Shown here piece by piece: positions 37,401-46,874 of a DNA stretch of 63,062 nucleotides. Below the pieces are notes generated by a model. The model made no database searches. It was not told where the DNA came from and saw only the letters and a list, made by a program, of their open reading frames with translations. Position 1 is the first letter of the stretch. Every line of letters starts with the position of its first letter. This DNA is from Bacteroidaceae bacterium. Lineage in GTDB: Bacteria; Bacteroidota; Bacteroidia; Bacteroidales; Bacteroidaceae. The stretch spans positions 1-63,062 of the forward strand of contig JAGCJL010000036.1 of NCBI GenBank assembly GCA_017647975.1, read 5' to 3'. The translations under genes were made by a program, and so were the position numbers.

Positions 37401-38258
37401 GTTGAAACCGGCATATAGCTTGATGGGGTCGTAACCGATTTGTTTTGCATAATTTACCGAATTCTGTAGCAAAGTGCCTGAACTCCAGTTGTAGTTGAAG
37501 AACAAAGCAGCACCTTCTGCAATGCCGTCGTTGTGTGTACCGAATCCTTGGTCAAACATTATGGAACCATATTCCGATGTACCGTCGTACCAAGCATTTT
37601 CAAAGATAGGGTTGAACTGCAAAGACTTCTGTGTAAGTGCCTTGTGGAATGCTATCAAGTTGGGCATTACAGCTGAACTAGTAAACTCAGAGTTGTAACC
37701 AAGACCATCAAGACCATAGTAACGAAGGAACTTTGCTGCTTTTTCGGCATCAAGGTTACCTACAGCAAGCAATTCGGTATGCCAATCGCTTCCATAAAGA
37801 CTACCATAAGGAACACCTGCGACCGATGATACAGCTACACCGTTTTTGTGAGCAACGTCGGCAAAGTTACCGGGGATACGTCCCTGCGGTGCTGTCCAGT
37901 TACCGTAGTGTGAAAGGTACTGCCACATGCTGAAAACCTCAGAGTCAAAGACGCCGTTAGGTATCGCGTTCTCTTTCTCGTCGTCGATAGGCACCCAGAA
38001 GAGAATCTTCTTGTCGTTGCTTTCTGTAATATCACTGCGTACCTGTGTGGCAGCATTACGGAAACGCTCTTTTGGCTTTACACGTGAGATAAAGAAGTTA
38101 TCGTCTTCTGTTATCTCCTGACCGGGTGTCCAGTTGATTACTCTTTGGCTGAATTTTGTGCCAAATTCACCCCAATCGACATAACCTTCTTTGTACGATT
38201 GTGCATTGACGGTTAACGCCAACAATGCAAGGGTACTTAAAAATGTAATTCTTTTCAT
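34497..38258 (-). CDS. Secreted endo-beta-N-acetylglucosaminidase (GH85-like) with a LamG/concanavalin-like domain and a T9SS C-terminal sorting domain
   Basis: 1253 aa with an SPI signal peptide. The N-terminal region shows GH85-like blocks (VFSMWQYLSHYGNW, ADVAHKNGV, YYGLDGLGYNSEF with an N-x-E catalytic pattern). A LamG_3-like block (WFHLAFTFD...GVIDNFQVWNKVMTEDDV) follows, and the terminal CTD reads GTYILTVKKDGNVVRSVKLMSK. Confidence 0.7.
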   Translation of the reverse strand: MKRITFLSTLALLALTVNAQSYKEGYVDWGEFGTKFSQRVINWTPGQEITEDDNFFISRVKPKERFRNAATQVRSDITESNDKKILFWVPIDDEKENAIPNGVFDSEVFSMWQYLSHYGNWTAPQGRIPGNFADVAHKNGVAVSSVAGVPYGSLYGSDWHTELLAVGNLDAEKAAKFLRYYGLDGLGYNSEFTSSAVMPNLIAFHKALTQKSLQFNPIFENAWYDGTSEYGSIMFDQGFGTHNDGIAEGAALFFNYNWSSGTLLQNSVNYAKQIGYDPIKLYAGFNMQGGEPKNGIRWPHLANYPISIGLWGAHSQNMFWESRHELGSNADVKQRTYMLRTERWFTGGTRNPANCPEVTHSLSYNAENYSFHGMSSFMTAKSTLAWNLDEEPFITYFNLGNGIFFNWKGERQHNGEWYNIGVQDYLPTWRWWFSTKLLSGKASDVASNGLDAEFTWEDAYVGGSTLRIFGSTTSEYLHLFKTKYAVKDGDVITLRYKHVAGSASIKLVLTATGKETTSLGDLTICKSSSVADEDIWVEKSFTVGSDIKASELALVALKFDNAKNLNMYLGEFSIVRKATAAPATPVIASTKALAFSENGVDAKIIFNMKNNKAAGEPCYNIDVNTSLFKLYAQQEGCEPILMGITTSWAGLVYNIPMQLDKANKVRLGVAAVSLDMKNDSDIAWGSYMDAGTYTYNDNIQINKSTIKPNEDFEISFVDPRHEDATWTITDAKGTKLQEATGKKIYVADGLESTGTYNLTVKGNVYENGNRVNATRTFGGYIQITSEGTGALPKILTFTANDKEADVTINVGEQVNYAYTGRKADGAGSQGVDLQEKRFGVKCGDLQIEGKKSFSTAFWLKINKLAPGETQLLAVANKLDAWPKTDWGWIWVNVNEDGSMGSFTFRGSDATQNNELRYKFEKTKLPIGSWFHLAFTFDYNEEGKFRCHFYVNGTKQDLTKWNRSTDGDTYKSTDPGYQGDVYSITSSQVLSVGGSAHSRNGIDGVIDNFQVWNKVMTEDDVKKSMGDIKTSSLPSGLAAFWNLETKASDDYTFNSFGTKEYVKAGMHDYKAGTSEGQGYFEWVEPVYTSGSPFISGTAFPVVTKPTLKVKKAEIIACDGSDTAGSAIVKHNYSGDYVVTLTLANSLGSDQRTFQVIKVEGEDPEQGDDDIDGVEEITVNEITTYTIDGAAIIEFAKNGNYNITVHTVAGQKVAETDAEINAGENVQIAINAQGTYILTVKKDGNVVRSVKLMSK

Positions 38259-38299
38259 AAATCTTTAAATATGGTTAGTTAATAAATATACCTGGATAT

Positions 38300-40099
38300 T
38301 TAGAAGTTCGGAGCGTCTATATCCCACCATAGGCGTGTTGCCTGCTCATCAGGTCCGCCAAGAGCCGGGATACCGGACGCTTCAACAATACCTGCAACAA
38401 CAGGGTCTGTTGGAACCCAAGGAATACGGCGTATCATGTCACCTTGTTTAATAGAACCATCGCCATCGTCGGTGTTGAGTACAGGGAATAGTTTAGGATA
38501 ACCTGTACGGCGTAATTCGGTCCAAGCTTCGGTTGAGAGTGGGAACAACGCGATATACTTCTGAGTGATGATTTTCTCAAGTTTTGTCTCCAAATCGTCT
38601 CCTTCGTTCCATTTCACACCAATGGTTGTAACGCTTGGCCAAGGCTCTCCGTCTCCCATGGGGTCTTCGCTTATGTAATCTTCCGGCTCTTCTTTTGCCA
38701 TGTATTCGTCTAAGTACAAACTGTAATCAGAACCGTACATAGGCTCTTCGAGATAAGCATTTGTGATACCTCTGTTATAGAAGAATTCAGCACTTCCTCC
38801 CATGTTCCAGCCACGTATTGCTCCCTCGGCACGTAAGAAATCTACTTCGGCCCACTTGATGAAATATGCCGGACAATATTTGAATTCAATAACGTTGAGG
38901 CTCAGAGTTGAATAGCCTTGACGCTTGTTAATAGCCTGAGATTGTCCGTCGCCGACAAGCGTTCCGGAACGAATACCGCAAATGCGTGTATTAGCTGGCA
39001 ATACATCAACACCGTTCTTGTGAGGAATATCGTATGCGTTTGGCAAGAATACGTATTTTGCATATGGGTGGTCGAGGCTCATCAGCAAACTCTCAAAAGA
39101 GGCCGACAGACGAAGGTCGTTCCACTGTGTTGCAATATCTTTAAGAGGGTGTATAAAACCGCTTATCGCAGGGAATATACCTTGCTGTTCGTTTACACTT
39201 TCTATAACGCCCGATGCAACGGCTTCCTCTGCCCATTTCTGTGCAGTCGCAGGGTTCACCTTGACAATGTGCATTGCCATACGTAGCTTGAGCGAGTTGG
39301 CGAGCTTGATGTATGATTTCATGCTGAAATCGCCTTCAAAAAGACCACGGCTTGTCTGGTTATATTGTAGCAGAACCATCTTAATCTGCTCTTTGTACCA
39401 TTCGGGACGTGTCTCATCGTAATGTTTGAGGCAGGCAATAATGGTGTCGAGGTTCTCGACTATACCAAAGTAAATTGTCTCCAAATCGTTGTATTCCGAC
39501 GGCTCTTCGGAATTCTGCTTGTCCTCAAGATATGTGAAAGGTCCTGCGAGGTCGGCACGCTCTTGTGCTATAAGGCTATAGTAAAGGAGGTTAATTGCCT
39601 TCATCTCGGGAATAGAGTCTATCATGGGGTGGTGCAACAATGGCATGATAGCATTTTTTGCCATGGTATATGCACCAAGAGCATTGTCGTTGAACTCAGC
39701 CGAAACGTTATAGGTCGATGTGTGTGTACCGTACATAAAGTCCTTGTGAGGAATTGTGAAGTACTGTGCATAGAGGTCGGGGCCAAGGCTATACTGACGT
39801 TGGTAGGCGTGAGCACCGGGCAAGCCTCCCTCTTTACCGCCACGGATATTATACTGTCCGGCAAGTGCCTGATAGAAATAGGTTCTGAGGGAGTCTATCG
39901 CTGTTCTGACACCCTCTTCTGTGGGTTGGTTAAAATAAGGTATGCTATCGACGTTACCGATGTATTGGGTAGTCTCTGTTTGAACAACATTTGAATTGCT
40001 CTCATCGCCCGGATCATCAAAGTCAAGGCACGATTGGGTAAGCAATGATGCAAAGAACAATGTTCCAGCTATTTTAATATACTTTTTCATAACATTCAT
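38300..40099 (-). CDS. susD: SusD/RagB-family nutrient-binding outer-membrane lipoprotein
   Basis: 599 aa with a lipobox (LLTQSC), positioned directly downstream of a SusC-type gene. An alternative ATG lies at 40090. Confidence 0.85.
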   Translation of the reverse strand: MNVMKKYIKIAGTLFFASLLTQSCLDFDDPGDESNSNVVQTETTQYIGNVDSIPYFNQPTEEGVRTAIDSLRTYFYQALAGQYNIRGGKEGGLPGAHAYQRQYSLGPDLYAQYFTIPHKDFMYGTHTSTYNVSAEFNDNALGAYTMAKNAIMPLLHHPMIDSIPEMKAINLLYYSLIAQERADLAGPFTYLEDKQNSEEPSEYNDLETIYFGIVENLDTIIACLKHYDETRPEWYKEQIKMVLLQYNQTSRGLFEGDFSMKSYIKLANSLKLRMAMHIVKVNPATAQKWAEEAVASGVIESVNEQQGIFPAISGFIHPLKDIATQWNDLRLSASFESLLMSLDHPYAKYVFLPNAYDIPHKNGVDVLPANTRICGIRSGTLVGDGQSQAINKRQGYSTLSLNVIEFKYCPAYFIKWAEVDFLRAEGAIRGWNMGGSAEFFYNRGITNAYLEEPMYGSDYSLYLDEYMAKEEPEDYISEDPMGDGEPWPSVTTIGVKWNEGDDLETKLEKIITQKYIALFPLSTEAWTELRRTGYPKLFPVLNTDDGDGSIKQGDMIRRIPWVPTDPVVAGIVEASGIPALGGPDEQATRLWWDIDAPNF

Positions 40100-40130
40100 T
40101 ATTATATAATTCTTATTTGCTTATATTCTC

Positions 40131-43100
40131 TTAGAGGTTCAGTTTGATGTTGATACCGTAAGAACGTGCCGATGGATAGTTGAACACGTCTATACCTCCT
40201 AAGCCGTTAGCTGTTGACAATGATACGTCTGGGTCAACAGGAGCGTCCTTGTAAATAAAGAAGAGGTTACGTGCAACAAATGAGAGGCTCAAGTTCTTGT
40301 AGTCTCCAAAGAGGTTGCGGAAAGTGTATCCAAAAGAGAGTTCGCGGAGGCGGAAGTTTGTTGCATTATAGATGTAACTTGATGCATCGCTACTACCAAC
40401 AAATGTGTAGTAATCCTCTACTGCAACAATATTACGGTTCTCGTTCAAATACATGCCAAGACGACCATCCTCGGTATAAATACCATTCTCTTCAGCATAA
40501 AGACGTGCCGCACCTGAACGCTCTGAAGCTCCGTATCTGTCAAGATAACCTTCGGTCAAAGAGATAACCTTGCCACCGATGCGTCCATTGATTAGGAAGA
40601 ATAATGAGAAACCTTTATAACTGAATGTATTTGACCATGATAACTGATATGGGCTGTTGAGGTTTCCTGCATATTTCTGGAATTTCTTGTTCGACTCACG
40701 TACGCGGAGATTACCACCGTCGGTAACAGAAACATAACCACCGAGTGAGGGCTTGCCGTTTGTGATATACACATCACCGGCTTTGTTTACAAGTGTACTG
40801 ATTACATTGCCGTTTTCGTCAGTGACAGGTGTAGTACTGTAATATGTTACATTTTTTATAATATCTTCATCTTCACCTGTTCCAAGAATAACCTCTTCTA
40901 CAGTGTAAGCGTAAACATCCTCCTTGTAGCGTGTGAAGTCGGTTACGTAGATATCTCCGTATGAACCGCCTTTACGGTAGAGAACCTGAATCTTTCCGTT
41001 AGCAAGTGTTGTTGACATGTCTTTGCTGTTGCCTTTCTTGTCTTTGTTTGTCTCAACAATCTTGTTGTGGTTGTATGAGAAGTTTACACTTGTCTGCCAA
41101 CGCCAGTTACTGTTGATCTTCCAGTCGTAACCGATTGTGACTTCGGCACCTTGGTTGCGAATAATACCGCTGTTTACAGGTTGTACCTTACCGTTTGTTC
41201 CTGCAATTTCAAGGTATGAGTTGTGCATTGCTGAATTATAATAGGTGAGGTCCAAAGTGAGGCAATCACGCAAGAACTGCATCTCAATACCGGTTTCGAA
41301 TGATTTTGTCTTTTCTGGTTCAGGAATAAAAGAGTTTCTTGAATTTGTAGCTGCTGTTCCAAGAGCCTCGTTTATGCTTACTGAGTTGTAGTACAAGTTA
41401 GGAATAGAGTTACCTACCTCAGAGTAGCTCAAACGATATTTTGCATAATCCCACCATTTAGGCATCTCAAAGATTTCGCTAAGAACGGCATTGGCACCAA
41501 CACCAAAGTAACCGTAGCTCTCTTTTGTTCCCAAGTAGGCAAACTGCTTGAACGGACGGTACCAGTCGTGACGGTACGATGCATCAACGAATACTACATC
41601 ACCCCAACCAACTTGTGCTGTTGCAAGTATTGCCTGGTCCCAATTAGAACTCTTGCTCTTGCTTGTTACACCGGGGCCACCATAGCTTGGCTCAAATTTG
41701 TTTATAGCAGTAGGGATACCATAAGATACTCCGTCTCTTGTCATGTCAACAGTTGCTGCTCCAATATATGTATTGGTGCTTTGTCCTTTCAATGTGTGGC
41801 CTACATAACCAGCCGATGCTGATACTGACCAATCTTTTGCGAACTCCTTATTATAAGACAACATATAGTCGGTATAAATCTCATTTGTACGACTGTTGTT
41901 CAGGTAATAAGTACCATAGCGGTACATCTCTACAGGGCCCCATGTAGAAGCGTATGTACCACCTTCGCTCATGAACTTTGTATGGTCAATAGATACGCGA
42001 GCCTGGAAATTCAAACCGTCAAAAAGCATTACACTACCATTGAATGTAGCCGAGAAGCGTTCTTCGTTGCTCTCGCCTTGGTTCATGTTTGTAAGCCAAT
42101 AGGGGTTGTTATACATAGGTGCTTGGAAGGCATACTGCTGCATAGGTCCTTTCAAGAGTACATGGTCGGTGCGTTTTTCGTATTTACCATCGATGTTCTC
42201 GTAATAAGACTGTGTTCCGTTGCCCACTGCATCGCCCGATGACCACCATTGACCTTCGGAGTTGTAATTGTTCTTATAGTAGTCCATATCAACGTCGCGT
42301 GGTGTTGTGTATAGGTGATAGATTGGGTTACCTACTGTACCACCACCCACACGGTTCTGTGTCTTTGCCTGGTTGTAGTTGACATTGACACCCAATGTGA
42401 TGCGGTCCCACAACTTGTAGTTCTGACGGAACGCAAAGGTATTACGGTCGTATTGGTTTGAAGAAATCATACCAATAGACTGTGTGTTTGAGTATGATGC
42501 GTAAGTCTGAATCTTTTCTGTACCACCAGAAACTGACAAAGAGTTTGTTGCGTTGATACCGGTATTATAGAACTCTCTTATATCATCTTTTGCATAATTA
42601 CGCATGTATGCCTGCATTATGCTGCCATCCTGGAAATACTGCTTGTCACCGGCATACTCGTAAATGTTTTGTGTTTTTTCACCACTCAAACGGTCACCCC
42701 AGCTGTCATACATTATTGAAGCATTGCCGTTGACATCGGTACGATAACTACCGTAAGCGTTTTGCAATCTTGGGGTCATGAGAGGGGTATCAAATGTTGT
42801 ACCCGAATTGAATGTAATTTCCATCATACCCTCTTTACCCTTCTTTGTGGTAATCATGATTACACCGTTTGCAGCACGTGAACCGTAGAGAGCAGCAGCA
42901 TTTGCACCTTTCAATACGTTCATCGATTCAATATCATCGGGGTTAATCATTGACAATGGGTCACCACCTTCTGATGCTCCGCTGTATGTGATGTTTGCAG
43001 CGTCGCTCACCTGTCCGCGGATACTGTTTGTCATAGGTACACCGTCAACAACAATAAGAGGTGCGTTCTCACCCATAATAGACTTGTTACCGCGAAGAGT

Positions 43101-43640
43101 GATTTTTGATGCACCACCAGCACCACCGGCACTTGGGGTAATGGTAATACCCGAAACTTTACCTTCGAGTGAATTGATAAGGTTTGCGTCGGGAGTTTTC
43201 ATAAGCTCATCGGCTTTGATAAGCTGTGTTGCGTATGTAAGAGATTTCTCCTTACGCATGATACCCATGGCTGTTACCACAACCTCGTCAAGAGCAGTGC
43301 TCTCTTCTTTCATTACAAAGTTCAAAGCTCCACCATTCCAAATCTGGTCATCGCAGGTGTAACCCATAAGGGTTGCACGGATTGTAGAACCTTTCTTTAC
43401 GTTATTCAACTCGTAGTTACCGTCAAAATCCACCATTGATGAATTTGTAGTACCTACAACATAAACAACGGCACCAAAAACCGGCTCGCCGTTCTCATCA
43501 ACAATAGTACCTTTTACTGTTCCGTACTGTTGTTGCTGTACAGTTGTCGCAGCCCATGAATTTGTGGGCATAAAGGAGAATGTTGCTCCCAGGAATGTTG
43601 CCGCGATAAGCGACCTGCCTACATGTTTGAGTAGTTTCAT
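40131..43640 (-). CDS. susC: SusC/RagA-family TonB-linked outer-membrane transporter
   Basis: 1169 aa with a carboxypeptidase-regulatory-like domain (VKGTIVDENGEPVFGAVV), a plug (EVVVTAMG, DIESMNVLKGANAAALYGSRAANGVIMITTKKG) and a C-terminal barrel ending in INIKLNL. No STN domain is present. Confidence 0.9.
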   Translation of the reverse strand: MKLLKHVGRSLIAATFLGATFSFMPTNSWAATTVQQQQYGTVKGTIVDENGEPVFGAVVYVVGTTNSSMVDFDGNYELNNVKKGSTIRATLMGYTCDDQIWNGGALNFVMKEESTALDEVVVTAMGIMRKEKSLTYATQLIKADELMKTPDANLINSLEGKVSGITITPSAGGAGGASKITLRGNKSIMGENAPLIVVDGVPMTNSIRGQVSDAANITYSGASEGGDPLSMINPDDIESMNVLKGANAAALYGSRAANGVIMITTKKGKEGMMEITFNSGTTFDTPLMTPRLQNAYGSYRTDVNGNASIMYDSWGDRLSGEKTQNIYEYAGDKQYFQDGSIMQAYMRNYAKDDIREFYNTGINATNSLSVSGGTEKIQTYASYSNTQSIGMISSNQYDRNTFAFRQNYKLWDRITLGVNVNYNQAKTQNRVGGGTVGNPIYHLYTTPRDVDMDYYKNNYNSEGQWWSSGDAVGNGTQSYYENIDGKYEKRTDHVLLKGPMQQYAFQAPMYNNPYWLTNMNQGESNEERFSATFNGSVMLFDGLNFQARVSIDHTKFMSEGGTYASTWGPVEMYRYGTYYLNNSRTNEIYTDYMLSYNKEFAKDWSVSASAGYVGHTLKGQSTNTYIGAATVDMTRDGVSYGIPTAINKFEPSYGGPGVTSKSKSSNWDQAILATAQVGWGDVVFVDASYRHDWYRPFKQFAYLGTKESYGYFGVGANAVLSEIFEMPKWWDYAKYRLSYSEVGNSIPNLYYNSVSINEALGTAATNSRNSFIPEPEKTKSFETGIEMQFLRDCLTLDLTYYNSAMHNSYLEIAGTNGKVQPVNSGIIRNQGAEVTIGYDWKINSNWRWQTSVNFSYNHNKIVETNKDKKGNSKDMSTTLANGKIQVLYRKGGSYGDIYVTDFTRYKEDVYAYTVEEVILGTGEDEDIIKNVTYYSTTPVTDENGNVISTLVNKAGDVYITNGKPSLGGYVSVTDGGNLRVRESNKKFQKYAGNLNSPYQLSWSNTFSYKGFSLFFLINGRIGGKVISLTEGYLDRYGASERSGAARLYAEENGIYTEDGRLGMYLNENRNIVAVEDYYTFVGSSDASSYIYNATNFRLRELSFGYTFRNLFGDYKNLSLSFVARNLFFIYKDAPVDPDVSLSTANGLGGIDVFNYPSARSYGINIKLNL

Positions 43641-43810
43641 ATTTAGTTGGTTTATAGGAGTTTAGGCATGTAAAGTCCTTGCTCCAGTGTGTTAATTTAA
43701 GTTCTTTTAAGTGAATTTAAACCTAATATTTCCAATATCGTTTGTAAAAATAAACAAATATTTTGTTAAGTGAAATATTTGAATCTTTTTTTATAATAAA
43801 TTATTATTAT

Positions 43811-43849
43811 AAACAGAAAAGAACGCCTTGAAGGCGTTCTTTTCTGTTT
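43811..43849 (-). terminator. Terminator after korB
   Basis: 17-bp perfect stem aaacagaaaagaacgcc/ggcgttcttttctgttt with loop ttgaa. Confidence 0.8.
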
Positions 43850-43863
43850 ATGTTTATTCGGCA

Positions 43864-44868
43864 TTACTTTATTTCCCAGGTTTCGTTGGTTTCAAGCAGT
43901 TCGCTGAATGTGTGATATTTCTTGTTTTGCTTCACCTCCTCTACTTGTGCATGTACAGCTTCATTGTAGGTTGTGGCATTGACATCACGTATGATGCCTA
44001 AAGCAACAGGGAAGTCAGGGCCTTCCATGAGGGCAAGTTTCAAGTGCAGAGTTGTATCCTTGCAATGTGCGTCATGAACAAGAATGTCATTTTCTGTTAT
44101 TCCGTTTTCGCCAATCTTTACCACTTTCAAACCGAATCCCTCTTGCATCAAACCGAATTCACGGTTCTCGCCAAAAATCATAGGCTTGCCATGCTCAAGA
44201 TAAATAGCATTCTTGGCACGTCCCTCTTTGGTATATACACTCTCATGTGTACCGTTGTTGAATATTACACAGTTCTGTAAAACCTCAACAACCGATGCTC
44301 CTTTGTGTTGTGCTGCAACTTTTAGGCAACCAACAGCAGCCGGCATGTCTGTGGCAACGCAGCGAGCAAAGAAATTGCCTCTTGCACCAAAGCATAATTC
44401 TGCCGGGCGGAACGGGTCTTCTACTGTTCCGTAAGGTGATGATTTGCTGACAAAACCGCGTACCGAAGTAGGGGAATACTGTCCCTTTGTGAGTCCGTAA
44501 ATGCGGTTGTTGAGCAAAATCATGTTAAGGTCGATATTGCGACGTACTGCATGTATGAAATGGTTTCCACCAATAGCAAGGCCGTCTCCGTCTCCCGAAA
44601 TTTGCCAAATTGTAAGGTCGGGATTTGCAAGTTTTGCACCGGTAGCAATGGCTGCCGAGCGTCCATGAATTGTATGAAAACCGTATGTATTCATGTAATA
44701 GGGTAATCGAGAAGAACAACCGATACCCGAAATTACTGCAATATTGTGTGGGGCAACACCCAATTCACCCATAGCCTTGTGCAAAGCACCAAGGAAAGAG
44801 TGGTCACCACAACCCGGACACCAACGTGGCTGTCCGAACTTATAATCTTGTGCTGTATATTCGCTCAT
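43864..44868 (-). CDS. korB: 2-oxoglutarate/2-oxoacid:ferredoxin oxidoreductase beta subunit (TPP-binding)
   Basis: 334 aa with the motifs WCPGCGDH and GDGD..AIGGNH. Confidence 0.9.
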   Translation of the reverse strand: MSEYTAQDYKFGQPRWCPGCGDHSFLGALHKAMGELGVAPHNIAVISGIGCSSRLPYYMNTYGFHTIHGRSAAIATGAKLANPDLTIWQISGDGDGLAIGGNHFIHAVRRNIDLNMILLNNRIYGLTKGQYSPTSVRGFVSKSSPYGTVEDPFRPAELCFGARGNFFARCVATDMPAAVGCLKVAAQHKGASVVEVLQNCVIFNNGTHESVYTKEGRAKNAIYLEHGKPMIFGENREFGLMQEGFGLKVVKIGENGITENDILVHDAHCKDTTLHLKLALMEGPDFPVALGIIRDVNATTYNEAVHAQVEEVKQNKKYHTFSELLETNETWEIK

Positions 44869-44871
44869 AAT

Positions 44872-46716
44872 TTAACCCTCCATGATTTTAGTGAACTCCT
44901 CAACCAATGTCGCTACTGTGAAAGGCTGTCCTTTTACTTCATTGTATTGGTGTAGGTTGATATCTTTTATCTTTGTGCGGAGATAACCTGCAAATTGTCC
45001 CATGTTCTGCTCGGCAACAACGATTTTCTTGTACTTACGCAACACTTCGGCTGTGTTTGCCGGTAGTGGATTGATGTAGCTGAAATGTGCAAGGGCTGTC
45101 TTTTTGCCCTCTCTGTTCATCTGTTGCATCGCTTCGCACAAGTGACCGTATGTGCCGCCAAAACCAACTATAAGCAGGTCGGCATCCTCGTTACCTTCGA
45201 CCTGTAATGCAGGAATGGTCTGTGCAATCTTCTCAACTTTTCTTGCACGTGCCTCAACCATACTGTGGTGGTTGGCAGGGTCGTTGCTTATAGCACCAGT
45301 TGCCGCACTCTTCTCCAATCCACCAATGCGGTGTGCAAAATCAGGAGTTCCGGGAACCGCCCAATAGCGTACATCGTTTTCGGGGTTACGCTTATATGGG
45401 CTCCAGCCCTCTCTCATGTCGGGAGTAACGTATGGTGGAACTATGTCTGGATATTTCTCAATGTCGGGTAGCTTCCATGCTGCTGAACCGTTGGCAATGA
45501 ATGCATCGGAAAGCAAGATAACCGGTGTCATGTGCTCTACAGCAATGCGACACGCGTCAAAAGCCGCATCGAAACAGTTTGTGGGCGATGTTGCAGCAAT
45601 TACCGGTATGGGGCTCTCGCCGTTACGTCCGTAAAGTGCCTGCAAAAGGTCGGTCTGCTCACTCTTGGTGGGCAAGCCGGTTGAAGGGCCACCACGTTGT
45701 ACGTCAATAATTACGAGTGGCAGCTCTGTTATTACAGCAAGGTTTATAGCCTCACTCTTAAGACATAAACCGGGACCCGAAGTTGATGTACATGCCAACG
45801 CACCTGCGTATGCCGCACCAACAGCCGATGCACAACCGGCGATTTCATCCTCGGCTTGCATAGTGACAACACCCAAAGACTTGTGCTTTGCAAGTTCGTG
45901 AAGAATATCGGTTGCGGGTGTGATAGGATATGAGCCAAGGAATAGCTTCATGCCGGCTTTTTCTGCTGCGGCCATAAGACCATACGCTGTAGCCTTGTTT
46001 CCATTGATGTCCATGTATCGGCCCCTCTTTTTATCGGTATCGCTCTCAATGCTGTATGTGTGTGAGATTGCTGTATGTGTGTTGTGTCCCATGTCGTAAC
46101 CGGCACGCAAAACCTTGATATTTGCCTCGGCAACTTCGGGTTTCTTGGCGAACTTTGCCTTTAGTCTGTTCTCGGCAAGAGACAAATCGCGGTCATATAT
46201 CCAGCATACCAAACCGAGTGCAAGCATATTCTTGCAACGCAGGATGCTCTTGTTGTCCATACCACTATCTTTCAGCGTCTCTTGACATAAAGATGTGATG
46301 GGGCAGGGCACAACTTCGCATGTTATACCCAATTCCGCAATTGGATCATCGGTTTTGAATTCTGCTTTCTGCAAATCCTTTTCAGTGAAAGAATCAGTAT
46401 CTATGATGATTGCTCCTGTGGGTTTGCAATATTTGTGTTGCATTTTCAATGCTGCCGGGTTCATTGCAACAAGAATGTCACACTGATCTCCAGGTGTAAG
46501 AACCTTATCGGAACCAATATGCACCTGAAAACCCGAAACTCCTGTCAGTACACCTTGTGGAGCACGAATGTCAGCAGGGTAGTCGGGGAATGTACAAATG
46601 TCGTTTCCTACGATTGCCGAAATAGTGGAAAAAATGCTTCCGGCCAACTGCATACCGTCGCCCGAGTCTCCGGAGAAACGAACAACAATCTGATCTACTT
46701 TCTTTGTGTTTGCCAT
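44872..46716 (-). CDS. korA: 2-oxoglutarate/2-oxoacid:ferredoxin oxidoreductase alpha subunit (fused gamma-alpha)
   Basis: 614 aa with an N-terminal gamma-type domain (FSGDSGDGMQLAG) and an alpha pyrimidine-binding domain. It lies 3 nt upstream of korB. Confidence 0.9.
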   Translation of the reverse strand: MANTKKVDQIVVRFSGDSGDGMQLAGSIFSTISAIVGNDICTFPDYPADIRAPQGVLTGVSGFQVHIGSDKVLTPGDQCDILVAMNPAALKMQHKYCKPTGAIIIDTDSFTEKDLQKAEFKTDDPIAELGITCEVVPCPITSLCQETLKDSGMDNKSILRCKNMLALGLVCWIYDRDLSLAENRLKAKFAKKPEVAEANIKVLRAGYDMGHNTHTAISHTYSIESDTDKKRGRYMDINGNKATAYGLMAAAEKAGMKLFLGSYPITPATDILHELAKHKSLGVVTMQAEDEIAGCASAVGAAYAGALACTSTSGPGLCLKSEAINLAVITELPLVIIDVQRGGPSTGLPTKSEQTDLLQALYGRNGESPIPVIAATSPTNCFDAAFDACRIAVEHMTPVILLSDAFIANGSAAWKLPDIEKYPDIVPPYVTPDMREGWSPYKRNPENDVRYWAVPGTPDFAHRIGGLEKSAATGAISNDPANHHSMVEARARKVEKIAQTIPALQVEGNEDADLLIVGFGGTYGHLCEAMQQMNREGKKTALAHFSYINPLPANTAEVLRKYKKIVVAEQNMGQFAGYLRTKIKDINLHQYNEVKGQPFTVATLVEEFTKIMEG

Positions 46717-46816
46717 AATATGGTCTTTGTTATTGTAAATATATCTTTGCCAAATTTCGTAAACAAATATGAAATGATGAAATTTTTGTAGAAGAATTTT
46801 AAAAAGGATAATAAAA

Positions 46817-46847
46817 ATGGGTTTTTCAGGTATCCCGAAAAACCCAT
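46817..46847 (-). terminator. Terminator ending the efflux/TonB-receptor operon
   Basis: 11-bp stem atgggtttttc/gaaaaacccat with a 9-nt loop. The minus-strand sequence downstream is T-rich. Confidence 0.7.
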
Positions 46848-46874
46848 TTTGTACTTTATTTTCTGTACTCTATC

